The position numbers and the translations under genes were made by a program. The notes beneath the pieces are model-generated. The model ran no database searches and was not told the DNA's origin. It saw only the letters and a program-made list of their open reading frames with translations. A stretch of DNA of 64,000 nt from an uncultured Marinilabiliaceae bacterium. GTDB lineage: Bacteria > Bacteroidota > Bacteroidia > Bacteroidales > VadinHA17. Each line of letters opens with the position of its first letter. The stretch's first letter is position 1. Positions 27,630 to 35,775 of the stretch are shown in pieces. The stretch covers positions 677,554-741,553 of the forward strand of contig CALOFK010000003.1 in assembly GCA_942492595.1 (NCBI GenBank), read 5' to 3'.

Positions 27630-28991
27630 ATGTCAAAGACTTCAATAATAATACAAAGAGAATATACCAGCAGGGTTAAGAAGAAATCATTTATTATAAT
27701 GACTATTCTCACTCCCCTGCTTTTTGCAGGATTAATGGTAATACCAGCTCTGATAATGGATAGCGATGATAAAGATTTTAAGAAAATCGCTGTTATAGAA
27801 GATGGTTCTGACCTCTTCACAAATGTTATTCCCAATACGGAATTCATGGAATTCGATTACCTGGGTGATGCTGGAATTGAAAGCCTGAAAGATACTTTTG
27901 AAGAAGCAGGTTATTACGGGATACTTTATATTTCTCCAACAGTCGTAAATGTTCCTAATGCTATCCAGCTTATATCGGCAAAGCAACCTCCCCTTAATGT
28001 TACCGAACATATAGAACGATCGCTTGAAAAATATATCGAAACCGAGAAGATGGCTCAGTACGAAATCGAAAATCTTGACGAGATACTAAAGAGCGTACAA
28101 ACTAATGTTAAGGTTCAGACAATTCGTATTAATGAAAGCGGAGAGACAAAGGAGACTAATACAGGTATAGCTATGGCCCTTGCATATATAGGTGCCTTTA
28201 TGATGTATATGATAGTGATTCTATATGGTGTGCAGGTTATGAGGGGTGTTTTTGAGGAAAAGAATAACCGGATTGTCGAGGTTATAATATCATCTGTTAA
28301 ACCGGTCCAGCTGATGATGGGGAAAATAATCGGTATTGCTCTGGTAGGGCTTACGCAGTTTGCAATCTGGATACTGCTTACCTTTGGAATAGTCTTCGTG
28401 GTAAAAGGACTTATAATACCTGAAAATAATACACAGCTAACAGAGATGGTTTCACAAAACGTGATGCAACAATCTCCTGAAGCGGCAGCTATTCTTGAAA
28501 ATTCAACTACGGGTAACATAAGCGATAACCCTGAGTTTGTAAGGCTGTATAACAATATTATGAATTTCAACTGGCCACTTGTAATTATATCATTTATCTT
28601 CTACTTTATTTTTGGATATTTGCTATATGCCTCAATATTTGCTGCAATAGGGTCTGCCGTTGACTCCGAAACAGATACACAGCAGTTTATGTTTCCTGTT
28701 ATGCTGCCAATAATACTGGGATTATTTATAGCCATGGGAACTATGCAAAATCCCGAAAGTTCACTTTCATTCTGGGGTTCCATGATCCCCTTTACATCAC
28801 CTATCGTGATGATGGCTCGCATACCCTTTGAAGTTCCTATATGGGAAATTGTTCTTTCAATAGCTATTCTTGCAGCAACCTTCTTCGGATTCGTATATCT
28901 TGCAGCTAAAATATACAGAATTGGAATACTGATGTACGGAAAGAAAGTGAGCTATAAGGAAATGATTAAATGGATCAGATATAAAGGATGA
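27630..28991 (+). CDS. ABC-2 type transporter permease (NatB-like, large extracytoplasmic loop after TM1)
   Basis: 453 aa with one N-terminal TM, a ~150-aa loop and then 5 clustered TMs. It lies 14 nt downstream of the ATPase gene. Confidence 0.85.
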   Translation: MSKTSIIIQREYTSRVKKKSFIIMTILTPLLFAGLMVIPALIMDSDDKDFKKIAVIEDGSDLFTNVIPNTEFMEFDYLGDAGIESLKDTFEEAGYYGILYISPTVVNVPNAIQLISAKQPPLNVTEHIERSLEKYIETEKMAQYEIENLDEILKSVQTNVKVQTIRINESGETKETNTGIAMALAYIGAFMMYMIVILYGVQVMRGVFEEKNNRIVEVIISSVKPVQLMMGKIIGIALVGLTQFAIWILLTFGIVFVVKGLIIPENNTQLTEMVSQNVMQQSPEAAAILENSTTGNISDNPEFVRLYNNIMNFNWPLVIISFIFYFIFGYLLYASIFAAIGSAVDSETDTQQFMFPVMLPIILGLFIAMGTMQNPESSLSFWGSMIPFTSPIVMMARIPFEVPIWEIVLSIAILAATFFGFVYLAAKIYRIGILMYGKKVSYKEMIKWIRYKG

Positions 28992-29045
28992 AATAGTTTA
29001 GTGGTTTAGAAACTAAACAGTTAAGCTTCTAAACCACTAAACCAA
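28992..29045. repeat. Perfect 16-bp inverted repeat built from GTTTAGNG octamers (hairpin/terminator after the ABC operon)
   Basis: GTTTAGTGGTTTAGAA (28996-29011) and TTCTAAACCACTAAAC (29027-29042) are separated by a 15-nt loop. The octamer is related to the tandem repeat at 31661-31691. Confidence 0.7.
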
Positions 29046-29063
29046 TAAACTACTAGAATACCC

Positions 29064-30233
29064 ATGGCAAAAGTACTTGTAATAGACGACGAAAAAGCAA
29101 TTAGGAATACTCTGAAAGACGTTCTCGAATATGAGAAACATATAGTAGATCTTGCACAGGATGGCATAGCAGGTCTTGATTTATTTGCTGAAGGTCACTA
29201 TGATGTAGTACTGTGCGATATAAAAATGGATAACATGGATGGAGTCGAAGTACTGGAAAAAATTCAGGAAACCACACATGATATACCTGTAATTATGATC
29301 TCCGGTCATGGAAATATTGATACTGCCGTTGATGCCATTAAAAAGGGAGCCTTCGATTTTCTTGAAAAACCCCTTGACCTTAACAGGCTGCTTATTACCA
29401 TGCGAAATGCAATGGAAAAATCAAACCTGATAAGCGAAACAAAGGTCCTGAAAAAGAAGGTAAGCAAGAAATATGAAATTATTGGGGAATCAGAGCCAAT
29501 TCTGAAAGTCAAAGAGATGATAGACCGTGTCGCACCCACAGAGGCACGAGTACTTATTACAGGTTCAAACGGAACGGGCAAGGAACTTGTTGCCCACCAG
29601 CTCCATGAGAAAAGCAGTCGATCAAAAGCCCCTTTTATAGAGGTTAACTGTGCAGCAATACCAGGTGAGTTAATTGAAAGCGAACTTTTCGGTCATGAAA
29701 AAGGTTCCTTCACCTCAGCACATAAACAGAGAATAGGAAAGTTTGAACAGGCTGACGGAGGGACAATATTCCTCGACGAAATAGGAGATATGAGCCTTTC
29801 AGCCCAGGCAAAGGTGCTTCGCGCGCTCCAGGAAAATAAGATATCCAGGGTGGGCTCAGATAAAGATATACAGGTAAACGTAAGAGTTATTGCAGCCACC
29901 AATAAAGACCTCAGTAAGGAAATTGAGAATAACAGCTTCAGGGAAGACCTTTATCACAGGTTAAGCGTTATACTGATCAATGTACCTGACCTGAAAGACC
30001 GAAAAATCGATATTCCCTTACTCGCAGATCATTTCAACGACATTATATGTTCCGAATATGGTATGACTAAGAAGATTATTACAAAGGATGCTATCAGCGA
30101 ACTTAAGAAAATTGAGTGGACCGGTAATATACGTGAATTCAGAAATGTTCTTGAAAGGCTTATTATCCTCTGCCAGGAAGAAATAAGGGGAAAAGATGTG
30201 CAGGCATTTGCCCATCCGGTATCAAAAAAATAG
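29064..30233 (+). CDS. Sigma-54-dependent enhancer-binding protein: receiver domain + AAA+ domain, no C-terminal HTH
   Basis: It has REC (VLVIDDE..., LCDIKMDNMDG), Walker A GSNGTGKE, the loop ELFGHEKGSFTSA (a GAFTGA variant), Walker B GGTIFLDEIG and sensor II GNIREFRNVLERL. The protein ends 17 aa later at residue 389. Confidence 0.9.
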   Translation: MAKVLVIDDEKAIRNTLKDVLEYEKHIVDLAQDGIAGLDLFAEGHYDVVLCDIKMDNMDGVEVLEKIQETTHDIPVIMISGHGNIDTAVDAIKKGAFDFLEKPLDLNRLLITMRNAMEKSNLISETKVLKKKVSKKYEIIGESEPILKVKEMIDRVAPTEARVLITGSNGTGKELVAHQLHEKSSRSKAPFIEVNCAAIPGELIESELFGHEKGSFTSAHKQRIGKFEQADGGTIFLDEIGDMSLSAQAKVLRALQENKISRVGSDKDIQVNVRVIAATNKDLSKEIENNSFREDLYHRLSVILINVPDLKDRKIDIPLLADHFNDIICSEYGMTKKIITKDAISELKKIEWTGNIREFRNVLERLIILCQEEIRGKDVQAFAHPVSKK

Positions 30234-30350
30234 TCCTGATTCCTCTTATCTGACATATAAAAATTCTTAACAATTTTTAACTCCCAGTTACTTCTGAGAC
30301 CCTCATTTTTTGGGTAATTTCGTGCATTATTAAAAATTTGAATTTTCAAT

Positions 30351-31649
30351 ATGCTTCGATACCGTTATCTAATACTTGTTATTCTTATAATAGCTCCCCT
30401 GGCTGTGTCTGCCCAGGATATCTTTACAAGCAAAAAAGCTCATGAAGAAAAAGACGCTTTAAGTTCTGAAGAATTAAGGAAGCATGCACTGAATGTATTT
30501 CTTGACTGCTCCTGGTGCGACAGAGACTATATCAAACAGGTTATCCCTTATGTAAATTATGTTACTAATAAGGATGATGCCGATGTTCATATACTGGTAA
30601 GAAGACAGACCAACGGGGGTGGCGGAAGTGAATATATAATCGATTTTATTGGAAGCGGTGATTTTAAAGACCTGGATGACCAACTGAAATTCATATCACC
30701 CGTTGATGAAACACGTGATGAAACAAGAGTGGCCAGATCAGGAATCATTTCGATGGGACTGATGCAATATGTTTCCCGGACACCTATCGGAAGGAACATT
30801 AAGATTATTTATGAGAATAAAGGTGTACCCGAAAGAATACTGAACCCTACCGTGGCTGATGATCCATGGGATAGCTGGATGTTCAGACTGAGAGCCTCGG
30901 GTTCAATAAACAGGGATGAGAATTATAACAACTCAAACATAGAGACCTCTCTTTCGGCCGACAGGGTAACCCCCGAGCTAAAGGTTGAATTCGATGCTGA
31001 ATATGAATTAAACCAGAGAGTCTATAAACTTCTTGAAACAGAAACGATACAGAGGGAGTGGAAATTAAACGGACTAATTGTAAAGAGCTTAAGCCCGAGA
31101 TGGTCGGCCGGAATAAGATCAAATGCTTTTGGTAGCATAAAGAATAATTACGATTATTCAATTTCAGCTGGGCCCGCGATAGAATATAATATATTCCCAT
31201 ACGAAGAGTCTTTTAAGCACCAGGTCAGATTGCAGTATGGAGTTCAATCGGTTTATAATAACTACTCCGATACAACAACCTTGTTGAAAACAGATGAATT
31301 AATCTTTAAACATAGCCTGAGTGTTACAGGTGGAGTAAACAAGGAATGGGGAAATGGTTATATATATATTACCTACTCTAATTACCTGCACGATTTTGAA
31401 TTATATAATCTTACAATCGGGGGAAGAATAGACTATAGAATATATAAGGGCCTGTCGGTTAATTTCAGAACAAGTGCCAGTATTATCCACGACCAGATTA
31501 ACCTGAGGCTTGAAGGTGCGACAACGGATGAAATACTAACCCAGCAATATGCCCTGAAATCAGGTTATAAATACTCCTTCTCGGTAGGATTAACATATTC
31601 CTTTGGTTCAATCTACAATAACGTTGTAAATACCAGATTCGGCAACTAA
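30351..31649 (+). CDS. Uncharacterised secreted protein, probable outer-membrane beta-barrel
   Basis: It has signal peptide ...LAVSA/QD and an N-terminal ~150-aa domain containing CSWCDRDY. The C-terminal ~270 aa show alternating hydrophobic/aromatic strands with short turns. I recognise no family. Confidence 0.6.
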   Translation: MLRYRYLILVILIIAPLAVSAQDIFTSKKAHEEKDALSSEELRKHALNVFLDCSWCDRDYIKQVIPYVNYVTNKDDADVHILVRRQTNGGGGSEYIIDFIGSGDFKDLDDQLKFISPVDETRDETRVARSGIISMGLMQYVSRTPIGRNIKIIYENKGVPERILNPTVADDPWDSWMFRLRASGSINRDENYNNSNIETSLSADRVTPELKVEFDAEYELNQRVYKLLETETIQREWKLNGLIVKSLSPRWSAGIRSNAFGSIKNNYDYSISAGPAIEYNIFPYEESFKHQVRLQYGVQSVYNNYSDTTTLLKTDELIFKHSLSVTGGVNKEWGNGYIYITYSNYLHDFELYNLTIGGRIDYRIYKGLSVNFRTSASIIHDQINLRLEGATTDEILTQQYALKSGYKYSFSVGLTYSFGSIYNNVVNTRFGN

Positions 31650-31660
31650 CAACTGGCATA

Positions 31661-31691
31661 AACCCCTAAACCTCTAAACCTCTAAACTATT
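31661..31691. repeat. Tandem octamer repeat CCCTAAAC-CTCTAAAC-CTCTAAAC (complement of GTTTAGNG)
   Basis: The sequence is AACCCCTAAACCTCTAAACCTCTAAACTATT. The reverse complement of 31672-31691 matches 28992-29011 at 18 of 20 positions. Confidence 0.7.
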
Positions 31692-31699
31692 CGTAGTCA

Positions 31700-31730
31700 T
31701 TGCATAGTCTGACTAAAAGTTTTAAGTTTG
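31700..31730 (+). promoter_or_regulatory. Candidate Bacteroidota sigma-A promoter (TTG-N20-TAAGTTTG) for aspA
   Basis: TTG lies at 31700-31702 and TAAGTTTG at 31723-31730, matching the -33 TTG / -7 TAnnTTTG consensus. The ATG is at 31754. Confidence 0.35.
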
Positions 31731-31753
31731 TAATAGACTAAAAATATTGGGCT

Positions 31754-33193
31754 ATGAACCGGACTGAAAGCGACAGACTGGGAGATGTAAAAATTCCCGT
31801 AGAGGCTCTTTATGGCATCCACTCACTGAGAGCAAAAGAAAACTTTCCGGCAGATATCCAATTTCACTCTGAGTGGTATAAGGCAGTCGGACTGGTTAAA
31901 CTGGCATGCTACAGAACCTACCGCAAATTTAAGATAGCAAGTGTCGAAAAATACGGTCAAACTGTACCTTTTAAATTACTTGATGATAAAATAATTGATG
32001 CTCTTGAAAAGGCAGCAGTCGAAGTATCTGAGGGAATTTACTTTGGCCATTTCATTGTACCCGGTCTCCAGGGGGGTGCCGGAACGAGCATAAACATGAA
32101 TATCAATGAAATAATAGCCAATACAGCTCTCTTATCCCTTGGAAAAGAATGCGGCGAATATTCTGTTATAGACCCGATAGAAGAGGCCAATATTTACCAG
32201 TCGACAAATGATGTTATTCCTTCCTCTCTGACTATTGCAGCGATAAACCTCCTGAAATCACTTGAGGAGGAAATAAACAATAACAGGCAGATAATAGAAA
32301 CTCTTGAAACTGATAACAGAAATAAGCTCAGAACTGCATATACCCAGATGCAGGAGGCTGTACCCTCTACATTCGGGTCGCTGTTCTCAACATATAATGA
32401 AGCTCTTTCCCGCGACTGGTGGAGAGTATCAAAGTGTAAGGAAAGAATTAAGGTTGTTAACCTGGGAGGAGGAGCCACAGGAACAGGTATAGGAATACCA
32501 AGGTTCTTTATTATGGAAGTAGTACCCCAGCTCAGAAATATTACATCTCTGCCGGTAAGCAGAAGCGAAAACCTTCAGGATGCAACTGCAAATCTTGACA
32601 GCTGGGTGGAGGTGCATGCTATATTGAAGGCACACGCCGTAAACCTGGAGAAGATATCAAACGATATCAGATTATTATCTTCTGATATCTCGGGCAAAGG
32701 CTTTGTTACAATACCTGCTAGACAGATTGGAAGTTCTATAATGCCCGGGAAGATAAACCCTGTTATACCCGAATATGTAATATCATCGGCACATAAAATA
32801 TACGCGAACGACCAGCTTATAAGTTCGCTGTGCGGACAGGGCTGTCTCGACCTGAATGCCTATCTGCCAACAATTGGCCATGCAATCCTGGAGTCTCTGA
32901 AACTTCTTATTGCTGCCAATAATTCAATGGCAAATTTCCTGTTCCAGGGATTGCTAATTAATAAAGAAGCTGCCCTGGAATCTCTGCTAAAAAGCCCGGC
33001 AATAGCAACTGCTTTAAGCCCCTACATTGGATATAATAAAGCTGCTGAACTGTCAGCGCTTATGAAAAAGGAAGATATCGACATCTACGAAGCCGCCACA
33101 AAAACAGGCGCAATATCCAAAGAAAAGCTAAATAAGATAATGGATCCTTCAAACCTCCTTAAGCTTGGATTTACAATCTCTGATATACTTTGA
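31754..33193 (+). CDS. aspA: Aspartate ammonia-lyase (class II fumarase/aspartase family)
   Basis: 479 aa with the signature GSSIMPGKINPVIPE (the PV-PE variant is typical of aspartase) and an N-terminal ESD.LG...P..ALYG pattern. Confidence 0.8.
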   Translation: MNRTESDRLGDVKIPVEALYGIHSLRAKENFPADIQFHSEWYKAVGLVKLACYRTYRKFKIASVEKYGQTVPFKLLDDKIIDALEKAAVEVSEGIYFGHFIVPGLQGGAGTSINMNINEIIANTALLSLGKECGEYSVIDPIEEANIYQSTNDVIPSSLTIAAINLLKSLEEEINNNRQIIETLETDNRNKLRTAYTQMQEAVPSTFGSLFSTYNEALSRDWWRVSKCKERIKVVNLGGGATGTGIGIPRFFIMEVVPQLRNITSLPVSRSENLQDATANLDSWVEVHAILKAHAVNLEKISNDIRLLSSDISGKGFVTIPARQIGSSIMPGKINPVIPEYVISSAHKIYANDQLISSLCGQGCLDLNAYLPTIGHAILESLKLLIAANNSMANFLFQGLLINKEAALESLLKSPAIATALSPYIGYNKAAELSALMKKEDIDIYEAATKTGAISKEKLNKIMDPSNLLKLGFTISDIL

Positions 33194-33213
33194 TATATTT
33201 TTAAAATTTTCTT

Positions 33214-33238
33214 CCAACGTTTTATTAATTCTTACGTC
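33214..33238 (+). promoter_or_regulatory. Candidate ECF-type promoter (CCAAC-N16-CGTC) upstream of the ECF sigma gene
   Basis: AAC lies at 33216-33218 and CGTC at 33235-33238 with a 16-nt spacer, 14 nt upstream of the ATG at 33252. The pattern resembles autoregulated ECF promoters. Confidence 0.4.
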
Positions 33239-33251
33239 TCTGAAATAAAGG

Positions 33252-33788
33252 ATGATCGCTAAGGAAAAAAATATTATTGAGAAGTGCCAGGAAGGCGATG
33301 TTAAAGCGCAATTCCTCTTATATAAACAATACTCAAAAGCAATGTACAATATCGCTATCAGATTCCTTAATAATACGATGGATGCCGAAGACATTCTCCA
33401 GGAATCATTTCTATCTGCTTTTGAAAAAATAGATAGCCTGGCAAATACCAATTCATTTGGGTCATGGCTGAAAAGAATAGTAATTAATAATTGCCTGAGC
33501 CTGCTTAGAAAGAAGAAAATATATTATGAAGATATAGATGATTATAAACTTGAAGATGTTGATGAGCACGACTCGTTTGCTGATATTGACCCGGTAGTGG
33601 TACACAGGGAAATCAAAAACCTGCCAGATGGAGGCAGAACAATTCTGGTGTTACATGCTCTTGAAGGGTATAAGCACAGGGAAATTGCAAAAATGATGGG
33701 CATAAGTGAATCGACAAGCAGGACCCAGTATAAAAGAGCTCTTGGAATACTGAATAAAAACGTAAAGGAGAAAGTATATGTCAACTAA
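33252..33788 (+). CDS. RNA polymerase ECF-type sigma-70 factor
   Basis: It has region 2 (AMYNIAIRFLNNTMDAEDILQESFLSAF) and a region 4 HTH (GYKHREIAKMMGISESTSRTQYKRAL). Length is 178 aa. Confidence 0.92.
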   Translation: MIAKEKNIIEKCQEGDVKAQFLLYKQYSKAMYNIAIRFLNNTMDAEDILQESFLSAFEKIDSLANTNSFGSWLKRIVINNCLSLLRKKKIYYEDIDDYKLEDVDEHDSFADIDPVVVHREIKNLPDGGRTILVLHALEGYKHREIAKMMGISESTSRTQYKRALGILNKNVKEKVYVN

Positions 33789-34341
33789 GTTCGAAAAATA
33801 TCTTAAAGAAAACCGTCGTGTTTTCGATGTTGAATATCCCGACGATGAAGCTATCTGGAGAAGGATGGAGGAGAACAGACCGGAACAGAATAGAAGCAAA
33901 AAGGGAAGGTCCATCAGGATAAGCGCAAAATTCCAAAGGATAGCAGCTTCTGTAATAATAGTAATTGCATTATCATATATAGCTATTGACCTCAGTATAG
34001 GGATCTCATTTAATAATAATAACTCCTCCCTCTCGCAGATAAACAGCCAATATGGAGAAATTGAACAGAATTATATGCAAGTGGTAAAGTATAAGAAGGA
34101 AGAAATAAACAACACCAGCATACCTGATAACGATATTATTAGGTCAATACTGGGGGAACTTAAACAACTGGATAAACTCTACAGTGAAACACAGGAAGAT
34201 CTTCAAAAACTTGGCGACAATGAAAGAGTTGTAAATACAATATTTAATATCTACGAGCGAAAGATAGAGCTACTTGAGAGAATAATAGTAGAAACAAATA
34301 AATACGATAATTATGAAAAAAATAATAAATCCGAGATTTAG
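33778..34341 (+). CDS. Putative anti-sigma factor (single-pass membrane protein)
   Basis: It overlaps the sigma gene by 11 nt. It has one TM (IAASVIIVIALSYIAIDL) between a short cytoplasmic N-terminus and a ~110-aa extracytoplasmic part. Confidence 0.65.
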   Translation: MSTKFEKYLKENRRVFDVEYPDDEAIWRRMEENRPEQNRSKKGRSIRISAKFQRIAASVIIVIALSYIAIDLSIGISFNNNNSSLSQINSQYGEIEQNYMQVVKYKKEEINNTSIPDNDIIRSILGELKQLDKLYSETQEDLQKLGDNERVVNTIFNIYERKIELLERIIVETNKYDNYEKNNKSEI

Positions 34342-35626
34342 TCTGTCATTCCTATTCCTGTTATTAATGGCAGGACTGATGGCTCAGACAGGAAGCGATA
34401 TCGAAAAAAGCTATAAATGGTCCTATAAGCTTGGAGCAGAAGGAATACTTACTATAAGTAATTACGACTGCGATCTGGTAATTCATACATGGGACAGTGA
34501 AAAGACCGAACTAAGGATGATAGTAAGCGCTAAAATGAGAAATAGCGAAGATGCTAAAACTCTTGATAGCTATCTTAAAAATCTTGAATTTGATAGTTCT
34601 CCCGGGAAAGTAGTATATAACACCAGGTTCTGGGAATCCCGCGTTAATATTATGGGAAGAAAAACTCTTAAACTTAAAGGAGGGAAAAGTCTTCTTTATA
34701 GAAATATTAAAATTAAAGCTGAGATATGGATGCCCATAAGCGCCAGGCTGGATCTGAATTCTAAATATTCAAATATTGAGCTTGATAAAGCAGAAGGCGA
34801 TTTAAACCTGAACCTTTATAATGACAAGCTATTTTCAGATGATATAAATGGTGATATGGAGATTAGTGCAAAATACTCAAGCCTTGAGTTTAAAAATTGT
34901 AAAAATATTGTTGCAGATCTATACGATTGCGATATCACAACTTTAAAAGCAGGTAAATGCCAGTATAACTCCAAATATTCAAAAATATCTTCAAGCGAGG
35001 TTCAGGATATAACAATTGCTTCATACACCGATAGATTTACTTTTAAGAACTGCGGCAATATAAATATAAACTCTAAATATTCAGACCTTAAAACTACTGT
35101 AGCCGGAAAGGTTATAATAGATAGTTACGAAGGGACATTTGAAATAGATAATTGCCTCAATATGGAAATTACTTCAAAATATACAGACTTTCAAAACAAA
35201 AATGTTAAAGATATACTCGTAAAAGATATATATGAAGGCAGTATTGAATCAGAAAAAATAAACTCGCTAATTATCAATAAATCAAGATATGTAAATTACA
35301 AGCTGGGCATCCTCGATAAATCAATCAGGCTGGACGAAGGCTACGAAGATGATTTCTTTATCGATGAACTGGGCCCCGGTTTTAGTTTATTAGAGCTAAA
35401 TGGCAAATATCTTAAGTGTGAGACAATCTTTAACAATAGTCTGAATCTAAAGTTTTTAGCCAGTATAAAGTACCCCCATCTTGAACTGGAAAATGTAGAC
35501 CTGACTACAAAGACCAAAATTAAGGAATCCTCCAGCCTGGAATACGAAGCATATAAAGGGGAGGTCAGTGATGCTATGCCTCTGATATCCCTTAACGGTT
35601 ATGAGATCAGATTTACCTTTAAATAG
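34313..35626 (+). CDS. Secreted repeat protein, DUF4097-like putative beta-helical adhesin
   Basis: It has signal peptide ...GLMA/QT. Repeats of the type SKYSNIELDK / AKYSSLEFKN / SKYSKISSSE / SKYSDLKTTV / SKYTDFQNKN recur. It overlaps the anti-sigma gene, the typical third gene of such ECF modules. Confidence 0.7.
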   Translation: MKKIINPRFSLSFLFLLLMAGLMAQTGSDIEKSYKWSYKLGAEGILTISNYDCDLVIHTWDSEKTELRMIVSAKMRNSEDAKTLDSYLKNLEFDSSPGKVVYNTRFWESRVNIMGRKTLKLKGGKSLLYRNIKIKAEIWMPISARLDLNSKYSNIELDKAEGDLNLNLYNDKLFSDDINGDMEISAKYSSLEFKNCKNIVADLYDCDITTLKAGKCQYNSKYSKISSSEVQDITIASYTDRFTFKNCGNININSKYSDLKTTVAGKVIIDSYEGTFEIDNCLNMEITSKYTDFQNKNVKDILVKDIYEGSIESEKINSLIINKSRYVNYKLGILDKSIRLDEGYEDDFFIDELGPGFSLLELNGKYLKCETIFNNSLNLKFLASIKYPHLELENVDLTTKTKIKESSSLEYEAYKGEVSDAMPLISLNGYEIRFTFK

Positions 35627-35638
35627 ATCCCGGATTTT

Positions 35639-35686
35639 ATCCCTGCTAAGCCTGTCCCTGCGAAAGCAGGGAGCAGGGATCTTATT
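35639..35686 (+). terminator. Nested hairpin terminator after the ECF module
   Basis: The outer stem is ATCCCTGCT (35639-47) / AGCAGGGAT (35672-80). The inner stem is TCCCTGC-GAAA-GCAGGGA (35655-72). It is followed by CTTATTT. Confidence 0.55.
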
Positions 35687-35775
35687 TAAGAATCAGCCTC
35701 CGATAAAAAGATTCATGCTTCCGCAGGAAGGTCAATAGTAAAATATATGCTAATTTTGCCTGAAACTATTTGCTG

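Noticed and set aside
28992-31691. GTTTAGNG repeats as CRISPR array or as terminal inverted repeats of a transposon
   Set aside because: The units are 8 bp and directly abutting, with no spacers, so this is not CRISPR. No transposase, integrase or target-site duplication is visible between or beside the inverted 20-mers. It is kept as a repeat-family observation only.
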